From: Vicinamibacterales bacterium
Lineage (GTDB): Bacteria; Acidobacteriota; Vicinamibacteria; Vicinamibacterales; SCN-69-37
Assembly (NCBI GenBank): GCA_039925145.1
Contig: JBDSZL010000004.1
Location: forward strand, 65,821-129,820
Direction: 5' to 3'
DNA: 64,000 bases
The position numbers and the translations under genes were made by a program. Position 1 is the stretch's first letter. Each line of letters starts with the position of its first letter. Below, in pieces: positions 37,243 to 47,900 of this stretch. The notes beneath the pieces were generated by a model, which did no database searches, was not told where the DNA came from, and saw only the letters and a list, made by a program, of their open reading frames with translations.

Positions 37243-37617
37243 GTGGAGCTACGGGCAGCGCGCCGACGAACGGGTCGGGGCCCCCGCGCGCCGGTCAGGC
37301 TGGGAAACTTCGTGCGAGGTCGGCTGAGCCCCGGCTTCCTCCGCCACGACCAATCCGGACGCGCTCGGACTACGAAGAATCTCTATGAGGCTCCCGGTCT
37401 CGGGCCATGCTCTACGAATTCCATTCATCGGGCCCCGACACGGTTCAGGCCGAAGAGTGATGTGCACCACCGGATCCTGCCGCGTGGCGTGGCCGCACAA
37501 TGTCGACGCTGAAAGGCGCGGGCTGGTGTCCGATCGGGCGGTAGGTCTCGACCGTGAACCAGATAACACGTAGCGCGCTCTGGGTCCTCGCTGGTCCGCA
37601 GAACCGCGGGGCCCGGG

Positions 37618-37785
37618 CTCATCGTCATCGCGATCGTCGCGGTTGTCGTCGTCCTCGCCTCGGTCATCCCGGCTCGTCGTGCCGCCCGCGCCGATCCGAT
37701 GACCATCCTTCGCTGGTATTGACACAGCAACCGACGCTGACGCGCGCGCGAGGTTGTTGCGCTCGTCGCGGCATTCAACGTGGCA
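37618..37785 (+). repeat. Direct repeat copy 2: orphaned 3' relic of an ADOP permease gene plus downstream sequence
   Basis: Encodes ...[34 protein letters not shown] (compare the copy-1 gene end ...[34 protein letters not shown]). An in-frame stop at 37564-37566 and loss of homology upstream of ~37616 show that no intact gene precedes it. Confidence 0.85.
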
Positions 37786-37807
37786 ACGCGCGGCGAGCAG
37801 CGATTCG

Positions 37808-38269
37808 CTACCTCAGGTCGAGATGGAGGAACTGGTTGAACGGGCTCTGCTCGTAGTCGCCAAAGGCTTGTCCGTTCGTAAAGCCCCGTTTACGGTAGAG
37901 CGCCAGCGCGGCATCGAAGGCCGGGCCTGAACCGGTCTCGAGTGACAGACGTGTGTAGGCACGGCGACGAGCCTCGGTGACGATGTGCTCGAGGAGCACC
38001 GCGGCCACGCCTGTACGAAGATACGCGTCGGCTGTCCGCATGGATTTCACTTCGCCCGACGTCGCATCCAGTTCTTTCAACGCCCCGAAGCCCGTCAGTG
38101 CCTCGCCGTCCCACAAGGCATAGAAACTGATTTCTGGCTGCTGTAATCCAGACCAATCGAGTGCAAACACATGGCCGGCAGGAGAGTTGGCGTGCATGCC
38201 TTCGAGGTGCCGGCGCAGCAGCGCCTTCACGCGCTCGTCGTCGAAGTCGACAGGCTTGATGACCCTCAT
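37808..38269 (-). CDS. GNAT-family N-acetyltransferase
   Basis: Start MRVIKPVDFDDERV at 38269. Acetyl-CoA region RTGVAAVLLEHIVTEARRRAYTRLSLETG....AALALYRKRGF. Confidence 0.85.
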   Translation of the reverse strand: MRVIKPVDFDDERVKALLRRHLEGMHANSPAGHVFALDWSGLQQPEISFYALWDGEALTGFGALKELDATSGEVKSMRTADAYLRTGVAAVLLEHIVTEARRRAYTRLSLETGSGPAFDAALALYRKRGFTNGQAFGDYEQSPFNQFLHLDLR

Positions 38270-38310
38270 GACTATCTTTCGAGCCGAGATTACCATTGGG
38301 TTCATGGGCA

Positions 38311-38344
38311 CTCGCGAACGTCGGATGCAAGCATCCGCGTCGCG
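38311..38344. repeat. 34-bp palindromic leader element, copy A (upstream of the GNAT gene)
   Basis: ctcgcgaacgtcggatgcaagcatccgcgtcgcg. The inner inverted repeat is cggatgc/gcatccg. It matches 38973-39006 at 30 of 34 positions. Confidence 0.7.
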
Positions 38345-38408
38345 TGACAATTCGGCGCGCGCCAGACGGCCTTGCGCAGATCCCGGGCACTTGCGTCCAG
38401 TTGTGGAG

Positions 38409-38915
38409 CTAAATTGGGTCTCCAAGCCGCAGGTTGAAGCGCTGCAGAAGCTCGGGAATGCTGGCTGGTTTCACTTCGAGGCCGTACTTCTCGCCCAGCG
38501 ATCGCAGTGCCTCAGGACGGGCACCTCGTGATCCACCCAGATCAACGAGTTCAGCAAAGTACTGCTCGAATCCCGCCGGACAGATAATCTCCAGAATGCG
38601 CGCCGGTTTGTCGCCGGCGTTCCAGAACGTGTGCCACTGGCCGCGCGGCTTGACGATCAGGTCTCCAACGCTGCCGACGACGACCTCTTGATCGAGGAGG
38701 GCGCCGACGCGCCCCTCTATCACGTAGCTGTATTCGTCTTCGCGGCTGTGTCGGTGCAGGGGCGCGCCGAGGGCGCGCGGCGACATGGGGTGTTCGACGA
38801 GCGAGAATCCACCTCCGGATTCAGCGCCATCGATCATGAAGCGCACGCCGATGCTTCCAAGGAAGCCTGCTCTGCCGCCATTGGCGCCGAGCACTCGTGC
38901 GGGCGTGGTGTCCAT
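38409..38915 (-). CDS. Cupin-domain protein
   Basis: Start MDTTPARVLG at 38915. Cupin motifs are GAPLHRHSREDEYSYVIEG and GDLIVKPRGQWHTFWN. Confidence 0.8.
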   Translation of the reverse strand: MDTTPARVLGANGGRAGFLGSIGVRFMIDGAESGGGFSLVEHPMSPRALGAPLHRHSREDEYSYVIEGRVGALLDQEVVVGSVGDLIVKPRGQWHTFWNAGDKPARILEIICPAGFEQYFAELVDLGGSRGARPEALRSLGEKYGLEVKPASIPELLQRFNLRLGDPI

Positions 38916-38972
38916 GTCAGGCCTTTCGTCTTGCGGCGATCGCGAAGATGAACCCAAAGAGCGCCTCGTGGC

Positions 38973-39006
38973 CTCGCGAACGTCCGATGCTACCATCCGC
39001 GTCGCG
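38973..39006. repeat. 34-bp leader element, copy B (upstream of the cupin gene)
   Basis: ctcgcgaacgtccgatgctaccatccgcgtcgcg. It is a degenerate copy of 38311-38344 in the same orientation, at a similar distance (58-92 nt versus 42-76 nt) from the start codon. Confidence 0.7.
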
Positions 39007-39375
39007 CCACCAATGCAGTCTGCGCGCGCGCGATTGGGCGTAAGACGCCGAGCCCAGCCAGACCAGCTGTCTCCAGTCACCCTTCACTATGGTGTCACTC
39101 ACGATAACTATTTCCTGCTCCCGAAGTGCTGACGAACCGCCGTCACAACACGCGGGCTCTCCGAGCCCAATGGCGCGTCCCGCGACTCACTTCTTTGTAC
39201 TCCGCTCTCCCGAAGCCCGGAGCCGCGCTGCCGAGGCCACCGAGCAGTTTCTCGAACGGATGCGTTGACCAGGCGTTCTGCCTCGACGAGTCCTCTCGTC
39301 GCGATGCGCGCCGACTGAGCGTTACGGCCGACCCGTCAGGGCACCCGACACGGCGCGGTGTAGCATGTCCGCACG

Positions 39376-40575
39376 ATGACCCTGGTCACCACCGTTACTG
39401 GCCGTCGCACAGCAGTGGTCGGCGATGTCGTGACGTACCGCGCGACGGGCTTCAGCCCCGCGACGCCCTCACGTGCTGACATGGCGGCGGTGGGCTGGTT
39501 GGTGAAGGCAGAGGACGGGGCGGCACTCGCCAGCATGGCGAATTGCGGCCCTGAGTTCGAGGTGACCATTCCCATGTCGTGGGCCGGTCATGACGTGCTC
39601 GTCATGCCGTTCCTGCGGGCGCCGTCCGCCGCGATCGCGGTGACCACCAGTGTGGCTCCCGTGACAGCTCCCGCCCCGATCGCGACCGGTGAGGCGGCGC
39701 CGCTCGAGGTCCGGATCGAGAAGGACCTGCGGCGCTACTATGCGTCGGTCGGTGACGAACCGCGCTTCTTTCTGGGAGCTGATGTCGTGTATGGCGCCCG
39801 ACGTGGGCTGATGAACTCGGCCAACCCGCCAGGCCCGCGTTATGCGGCAGAAGACTTCGAGGGGGCGCACGGCGACTGGGCCTGGTATCTGCAGCCCACG
39901 ATCACGTGCGAAAGCAATCGCTCCTTCGCCTGCCTCAACACCTACGACACAGCGGCGTTCACGTTCGGTCACGCGCAGTTCGCCGCGCACACGCCGGACG
40001 ACAATTTCGTCCTCGTGTTTCGAGAAGCCCTGGGCCAACCTGAGGCGTCCTCCTATTTCCCCGACTTGACGGTGACCCGCGGACGTATCCACCTCGTGAC
40101 GGAGACGGGAATGAAACCTCTCGAGAGCGCGACGTCTACCCGGCCGCTCATGAGCTATCTGAACCCATCGCCCGATTCGATCGATCGTGAGGAGACCGAT
40201 CGCGCCGCCCGGCTCGTGCACTGGTGTGTCAGTCATGCGGCGCTGCGAGAGCTGCTGGTTGCCTTCTTCGTGCGACAACAGCGGGCCAAGCTGAATACGC
40301 ACGCGCGGAAGCTGCCGCTCGAGGGCCTCACGGACAAGCTCTGCCTCACGGTGCTCGACATCCTTCACCAGGGTCGCGCGAAGTACGCGGCTATCCAGGC
40401 GGCGCTCGAAAAGGCCGATCCGTTCGATGCGCTGCTTGCTCTGGGCGCGTCCACGTACAAGGAGCGTGTCGGCACGCTCCGGCAGGAGATTCAAAAGCTC
40501 GAGGCTCGCGGACTCGTCGGCACGAAGGTGTTCAGCACGGCGGCAAAGGACTTCGTGGTTCCTGCAGGCGCGTAG
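39376..40575 (+). CDS. Hypothetical protein: N-terminal ~95-aa beta-rich domain, Ala/Pro linker, ~290-aa C-terminal domain of unknown family
   Basis: 399-aa ORF with high third-position GC and balanced composition. The overlapping antisense ORF 39469..40584 is Arg-rich. No signal peptide. I recognise no confident family. Motif: TCESNRSFACLNTYDTAAFTFGHAQF. Confidence 0.65.
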   Translation: MTLVTTVTGRRTAVVGDVVTYRATGFSPATPSRADMAAVGWLVKAEDGAALASMANCGPEFEVTIPMSWAGHDVLVMPFLRAPSAAIAVTTSVAPVTAPAPIATGEAAPLEVRIEKDLRRYYASVGDEPRFFLGADVVYGARRGLMNSANPPGPRYAAEDFEGAHGDWAWYLQPTITCESNRSFACLNTYDTAAFTFGHAQFAAHTPDDNFVLVFREALGQPEASSYFPDLTVTRGRIHLVTETGMKPLESATSTRPLMSYLNPSPDSIDREETDRAARLVHWCVSHAALRELLVAFFVRQQRAKLNTHARKLPLEGLTDKLCLTVLDILHQGRAKYAAIQAALEKADPFDALLALGASTYKERVGTLRQEIQKLEARGLVGTKVFSTAAKDFVVPAGA

Positions 40576-40630
40576 ACCCGCCACGATCGACTAATCGACA
40601 TGGCGGCCCGTGCGGCGTAATCTCCTCGCC

Positions 40631-41383
40631 ATGGCCTTTGCTACGTATCCGAGCCTGAAGGACAAACGCGTGTTCGTCACCGGTGGCGCGTCTGGAATCG
40701 GCGCCGAGATCGTCAGGGCGTTCGCCGGTCAACAGGCGACAGTCGGCTTCGTCGATGTAGACGTGGACAGCGGCCGCGCGCTGGCTGCCGAACTGGGTGC
40801 CTCGGTGCGGTTCGAGGCGTGCGATTTGCGTGACATCGCGGCGCTGCGCCGCACGTTCGAGGCATTGGCGGCGGCCATCGGGCCGGCGCAGGTGCTCGTG
40901 AACAACGCGGCGCGCGACGACAGGCACCGCTGGGAGGACGTGACACCCGAGTATTACGACGAGCGGCTCGCCACCAATCTGCGCCACATGTTCTTCGCGA
41001 TCCAGGTCGTCGCACCGGCGATGATCGCCGCCGGGGGCGGCGCCATCATCAACATGGGCTCCGACTCATTGTGGCGTGCGAGCGGCGGCTTCCCGATGTA
41101 CACGACCGCGAAGGCGGCCGTCCATGGCCTCACGCGCGGGATGGCGCGCGATCTGGGCAAGCATCGCATCCGCGTGAACACGCTCGTGCCCGGCTGGACG
41201 ATGACCGCACGTCAGAAGGAACTGTGGGTGACGCCGGATGCTCTGGCCCGCCAGTTGGCTGCCCAATGTCTGCCGGATCCCATCGAGCCGGTCTACGTGG
41301 CGCGCATGGCCCTCTTCCTCGCGTCCGACGACGCCGCGATGTGCACGGCGAACAACTACATGGTCGAGGCGGGCTCGATCTGA
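40631..41383 (+). CDS. Short-chain dehydrogenase/reductase (SDR)
   Basis: MAFATYPSLKDKRVFVTGGASGIGAEI (TGxxxGIG), NNAA, and YTTAK (YxxxK). Confidence 0.85.
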   Translation: MAFATYPSLKDKRVFVTGGASGIGAEIVRAFAGQQATVGFVDVDVDSGRALAAELGASVRFEACDLRDIAALRRTFEALAAAIGPAQVLVNNAARDDRHRWEDVTPEYYDERLATNLRHMFFAIQVVAPAMIAAGGGAIINMGSDSLWRASGGFPMYTTAKAAVHGLTRGMARDLGKHRIRVNTLVPGWTMTARQKELWVTPDALARQLAAQCLPDPIEPVYVARMALFLASDDAAMCTANNYMVEAGSI

Positions 41384-41426
41384 CACGGGCGCACGGATCC
41401 CGCAAGCCTGCGCCCCGGCCGCCTCG

Positions 41427-43418
41427 TCATCCCTCGAGCAGCTTCGTGGCAGACGCAATCTGGGCGTCGGTGCCTATGATGCCCAGCCGGTAACCGGCGG
41501 CGAGCTCGACATCGGGCCCCGGATTTACCCGCACGCCGGCAGGCGTGAGCACAGCCACGACGGACGCACCGGTTTTCGTTCGCAGCGCCGACTCGCCGAT
41601 GGTGCGGCCCACCACGGCCGCTGCAGGCGCGATCTCGATCCAGCTGAGATCGAGGTCCCGGGTCGCGCTGACGAGCTCTTCGAGCAGTCGCGTCTGTTCC
41701 GGTGTCCGATGTTCGGATGTGTCGAGCGCCTCGTGACGCACGGTGTCGACATATCGCTGGACCTCGCGGGCCGGGAGATCCAGATCGAGCAGCGTTCGTC
41801 TCACGATTTCGATCCCACCTTCGAACTCCGGTCGGACCACCTGTCCCACGCCGGCCTTCTTCAGCCGCTTGGCCGCTTCCCACGTCGCGGCGCGCGACAC
41901 GACGCGGAGCGACGGCGCCAGTTGTCTCGCCGCACCAGCCACGGCCAGCGCCGAGGCGTCGTCTGCCACGGTAATGGCGAGCACTCGCGCGCGATCGAGT
42001 CCGGCCCGGTCGAGGATCTCGGAACTGGCGGCATCTCCAAACAGCACGGGTACGCCAATCTGCCGCAGCTTCGCGGCGCGCGTCGGGTCGGCCTCGACGA
42101 CGAGACGCGGAATCTGCAAACGTCCCAGCGCTTCGGAGAGATGCCTGCCGACGCGTCCGCTGCCGACGATCACGACATGGCCGGTGAGCCGGTCGACCGG
42201 CCCGTCGAACCGGAGCTGGCCGTGATTGAACCACCGCCAGAGCCGTGGTGACCGCTTGAGCGCGCGTTCGGCCGGATCGATCAGCTTGAACATGAAGGCG
42301 TTGAGCGTGATGGAAATCAGCGCGCCCGCCAGAATCAGCGAGTACTGGTTGGCATCGATCAATCCGAGTGCGAGGCCGGTCTGTCCCAGGATGAACGAGA
42401 ACTCGCCGATCTGGCTGCGCCCGGCGGCGAGCACGAGCGCCGTGTGCGCAGGGCCCGGCAGTACCGCGCCGAGCAGACCTGAAATGAAGGCCTTGAAGAT
42501 CACGATCACGGAGGTCAGCACCAGGACCTGGCCCCAGTGCGAGGCCACGTAGACGGGATTGACGAGCATGCCAACGGACACGAAGAAGAGGACGGCGAAC
42601 GCCTCTCTGAAGGGGAGTAGGTCCGCTCCGATCTGGTGACTGAATGGCGACTCGCTCACGACCACCCCGGCCACGAAAGCGCCCAGCGCCAGCGACACGT
42701 TGAAGACGGCCGCCGAGACAAGGGCGGTGCCGGCCGCCATCGTCAACGCGACCAGCACGAACAGCTCGCGCGACCGCGTGTGCACGACGCGGCCCAGCAG
42801 AAACGGCACGACGCGCGTCCCGACGAGCATCATCAACAGGACGAACGCCGCCGCCTTGCCGAGCGCGACGCCCGCGGTGGTCCATGGGGAACCGGACGAA
42901 GGGACGGCGACGACCGGCAGCAGCACGAGCACGCCAACCGTGATCAGATCCTCGAAGACGAGCCAGCCGATCGCCACTTTGCCGTGCGGTGTATCCAGCC
43001 AGCCACGGTCCATCAGCGCGCGCATCAGCACGACGGTGCTCGCCACGGAGATAGCGATGCCGAGCAGCCAGGCGCCGCCGACCGAGAAGTGCCACAGACG
43101 GCCGAGACCGAAGCCGACGGCCGAGACGATTGCCATCTGCAATACGGCGCCAGGAACGGCTACCTGACGCACCTGCCAGAAATCGCGAAAGGAGAAGTGC
43201 AGGCCGACGCCGAACATGAGGAGAATGACGCCGAACTCAGCCAGCTGCCCGATCGCATGCTCGTCACCCCGAATGCCCGGTGTGAAGGGACCGAGCGCCA
43301 CGCCCGCCACCAGATAGCCGACAATGGGAGGCAGCCCAATCCGGCGAGCGATCAGCCCTCCGAGTAATGCATAGGCGAGCGCCAACGTGATGGTGACGAG
43401 CAGTGGCAGTTCGGACAC
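41427..43418 (-). CDS. CPA2-family cation:proton antiporter with C-terminal RCK (TrkA-N/TrkA-C) domains (YbaL/Kef-like)
   Basis: N-terminus LLGGLIARRIGLPPIVGYLVAGVALGPF, about 12 TM helices, then GHVVIVGSGRVGRHL (Rossmann) and a TrkA-C-like end. Confidence 0.85.
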   Translation of the reverse strand: MSELPLLVTITLALAYALLGGLIARRIGLPPIVGYLVAGVALGPFTPGIRGDEHAIGQLAEFGVILLMFGVGLHFSFRDFWQVRQVAVPGAVLQMAIVSAVGFGLGRLWHFSVGGAWLLGIAISVASTVVLMRALMDRGWLDTPHGKVAIGWLVFEDLITVGVLVLLPVVAVPSSGSPWTTAGVALGKAAAFVLLMMLVGTRVVPFLLGRVVHTRSRELFVLVALTMAAGTALVSAAVFNVSLALGAFVAGVVVSESPFSHQIGADLLPFREAFAVLFFVSVGMLVNPVYVASHWGQVLVLTSVIVIFKAFISGLLGAVLPGPAHTALVLAAGRSQIGEFSFILGQTGLALGLIDANQYSLILAGALISITLNAFMFKLIDPAERALKRSPRLWRWFNHGQLRFDGPVDRLTGHVVIVGSGRVGRHLSEALGRLQIPRLVVEADPTRAAKLRQIGVPVLFGDAASSEILDRAGLDRARVLAITVADDASALAVAGAARQLAPSLRVVSRAATWEAAKRLKKAGVGQVVRPEFEGGIEIVRRTLLDLDLPAREVQRYVDTVRHEALDTSEHRTPEQTRLLEELVSATRDLDLSWIEIAPAAAVVGRTIGESALRTKTGASVVAVLTPAGVRVNPGPDVELAAGYRLGIIGTDAQIASATKLLEG

Positions 43419-43500
43419 GGCCAGACGATCCTATCCGGCTGCCGGATTGTCAGCGTGGCCATTTCACGGACGATCTGGGGCGCATCGATGGAGGTGGACC

Positions 43501-44481
43501 GTGCGGGGAATTATCGGGAGAGGGCTGGTACTGGCGGCCGCAATGATCTGCCTCGGCTTCGTGACGCCGGCTGCGGCGCCGCGCGCGCAGTCCGACCTCG
43601 ATGCACTGATGAGTCAGGTGCTGCAGCGGCGCGACGAAAACTGGAAGAAGCTCCAGCAATACGTGCTCGACGAACGCGAGCAGGTGACACTCGACGGCCC
43701 GGGGGGCGGTCGTCTGTGGGGTGAGCGCCGAGAGTACACCTGGTATATCCGCGACGGCTTCTTCGTGCGCAGCCCGCTTCGAGTCAACGGCGCGGGAGTC
43801 CCCGAGGCCGAACGCCTCGAGTACGAACAGGACTTTCTCAAACGAGCAAAGCAGCGCGACAAGACGCCCGGTCGCGGCCAGTCGACGCCTTCTGCCGCCG
43901 CGACAACGCCCGTCGAAGCGCCAGCCGCCATGGAAGCGGTGCTCGCGCAAACCCGGCGTCCGCAGTTCATCGACTCCGCCTACTTCCTGCGTTTCAAGTT
44001 CGAACCGGGCCACTATGGCCTGGTCGGGCACGAGACCTTCGAGAAACGCGATGTATTGCGGGTCGAGTACTACCCCGAACGGCTCTTCACCCACGAGCAG
44101 GATGCCCAGTCGCGTCGCCGCGCCGAGCGTCGCACGGACAGGAAGGAAGACGTCGAAGCCGCTACAGAGCGAGCGCTCAACAAGGTGGCGCTGGTCACCC
44201 TGTGGGTCGACCCTTCTGTCCGCCAAATCGTGAAATACACGTTCGACAACGTGGATTTCGACTTCCTGCCTGGGGCCTGGCTCGTGCGCGCCGATGATGC
44301 GCAGGCGACGATGAGAATGAGTGAACCCTTCCCGGGAGTGTGGCTGCCGGCCGACGTGCAGATTCGATTCAGGATGCTGACGGCAGCGGGTCCGTTCGAC
44401 ATCGCCTACCAGCTCGCGTACCGGGACTATCGTGAAGCGACGTCCACCGGGCGTCTGAAATCATCGGGAGCCACCCGGTGA
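43501..44481 (+). CDS. Secreted LolA-like / outer-membrane lipoprotein-sorting-like protein
   Basis: GGAGG (43490-43494) sits before GTG 43501. Signal peptide VRGIIGRGLVLAAAMICLGFVTPAAAPRAQS. C-terminal pattern VALVTLWVDPSVRQIVKYTF...GVWLPADV resembles LolA-like sorting proteins (by eye). Confidence 0.55.
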   Translation: MRGIIGRGLVLAAAMICLGFVTPAAAPRAQSDLDALMSQVLQRRDENWKKLQQYVLDEREQVTLDGPGGGRLWGERREYTWYIRDGFFVRSPLRVNGAGVPEAERLEYEQDFLKRAKQRDKTPGRGQSTPSAAATTPVEAPAAMEAVLAQTRRPQFIDSAYFLRFKFEPGHYGLVGHETFEKRDVLRVEYYPERLFTHEQDAQSRRRAERRTDRKEDVEAATERALNKVALVTLWVDPSVRQIVKYTFDNVDFDFLPGAWLVRADDAQATMRMSEPFPGVWLPADVQIRFRMLTAAGPFDIAYQLAYRDYREATSTGRLKSSGATR

Positions 44482-45809
44482 CGTCCCGTCTCGCTGCCAC
44501 GACGTGTCTGATCGCCTGCGTGCTCGGTGCTGGGACGACGGTGGCCTTTGCCGGGACTCTCGAGCAGGGCGGTCCTTCGGCGTCAAGCCCGTCCGGCACG
44601 TCGCTCGGGAGCGTTGCGGCCGAGACCATTACGCGTGTGCAGGTGCACGGCAACACGCTCACGCCAGAATCCGATGTGCTCGCCATCGCCGGCATCGTTG
44701 TCGGAACGCCGTTCGGATCGACCACCATCGCCGAGGTCCGGACCAGGTTGCTGGCATCGGGCCGGTTCGACGACGTCGATGTGCTGAAGCGCTTTGAATC
44801 CATTGCCGATCCGTCGCGCATCCTGCTGGTGCTTGTCGTCAACGAGCGGCCTGGACGGATCGTTCGAGGCGCGGCGCCCGGCGAACCGGCGCGCGTCATC
44901 GTGCGGCGAGGGATCCGCAATCTCATGTTTCTACCGATCCTCGAAGCCGAGGACGGATACGGCGTGACCTACGGCGCGCAGTTCGCGTTCGTGCGACTGG
45001 GCGGCGAGCGCGGCCGAGTGTCGGTGCCCTTGTCGTGGGGAGGAAACAAGCGGGCCGGAGCGATCTACGAGCGGAGCTTCGCGAGCCGGGCGTTGACGCG
45101 GATACAGGCGGGCGGGGAGGTCGTACGCCGAAAGAATCCGGCATACGAACAGAATGACGACAGGCAACGCATCTGGGGTCGTGCGGAGCGGCGCAGCGGG
45201 CCGGTCACGGTCGGCGTCACGGCGGCTTCCGAGCGCATCGGCTTTGCCGGTGTGCGGGAACGGATGGCCTCTGTCATCGGCGACGTCACCTTCGACACGC
45301 GCATCGACCCGATGCTGGCACGCAACGCCGTCTACCTGCACGGGGCGGTGGAACGGGTGGGGCTCTCGTCTGGAGCCTCCACGCGCCGCACGACGCTCGA
45401 CGCCCGAGGCTATCTCGGGCTGGTGCGCCAGACTGTTCTCGTCGCGCGCGTCCTGCACCAGGGGGCGAGAGACGCGTTGCCGCCGTATTTGAAGACGCTA
45501 CTCGGCGGCTGGTCGAATTTGCGAGGTTTCAGAGCGGGCGCCTTTGCGGGCGACAACCTTGCGGCCGGATCGCTCGAGCTGCGCATTCCGTTGTCGGCCG
45601 CCCTCTCGATTGCGCGGCTCGGCGTTACCGTGTTCACCGATGCCGGCGTGAGCTACGACGAGGGCGAGCGGTTCAGCGATGCCCCCGTGCACCGCAGTGT
45701 GGGCGCTGGGGCCTGGCTGTCGGTGGCGGCGTTCCGGCTCGCCGTGTCGGTGGCGCACGGCCAGCACGCCGAGACGCGCGTCAACTTCAGTGCCGGGCTC
45801 GGCTTCTGA
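44478..45809 (+). CDS. Omp85/BamA-family outer-membrane protein with a single POTRA domain
   Basis: GTG overlaps the upstream stop (GTGA 44478-44481). Signal peptide, then POTRA (ITRVQVHGNTLTPESDVLAIAGIVVGTPF...RLLASGRFDDVDV), then a surface-antigen beta-barrel ending ...RVNFSAGLGF (terminal aromatic residue). Confidence 0.8.
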   Translation: MTSRLAATTCLIACVLGAGTTVAFAGTLEQGGPSASSPSGTSLGSVAAETITRVQVHGNTLTPESDVLAIAGIVVGTPFGSTTIAEVRTRLLASGRFDDVDVLKRFESIADPSRILLVLVVNERPGRIVRGAAPGEPARVIVRRGIRNLMFLPILEAEDGYGVTYGAQFAFVRLGGERGRVSVPLSWGGNKRAGAIYERSFASRALTRIQAGGEVVRRKNPAYEQNDDRQRIWGRAERRSGPVTVGVTAASERIGFAGVRERMASVIGDVTFDTRIDPMLARNAVYLHGAVERVGLSSGASTRRTTLDARGYLGLVRQTVLVARVLHQGARDALPPYLKTLLGGWSNLRGFRAGAFAGDNLAAGSLELRIPLSAALSIARLGVTVFTDAGVSYDEGERFSDAPVHRSVGAGAWLSVAAFRLAVSVAHGQHAETRVNFSAGLGF

Positions 45810-45858
45810 TTGTGTTTTTCTCTGGTCTCGCGAGAAAAACTCCTTATCATTGAGCGTT

Positions 45859-47805
<1,947 letters not shown>

Positions 47806-47900
47806 CCGGCGATCGTGCGCCCGCGCCGTCGCCTCCGGGGCCCAGCCGCACACGAGCGCGCCGTTGCGGTTGGCGTTCTCCTGATGGAGGTCGTCTCCGC

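Noticed and set aside
37192-37617. About 430 bp with no gene between PadR 2 and repeat copy 2. I looked for a decayed ADOP body or another gene; the minus-strand peptide VIWFTVETYRPIGHQPAPFSVDIVRP looks vaguely protein-like.
   Set aside because: There is no homology to ADOP 1 upstream of the repeat boundary, all frames are interrupted, and the short peptide has no recognisable family. I treat it as non-coding or decayed DNA pending a database search.
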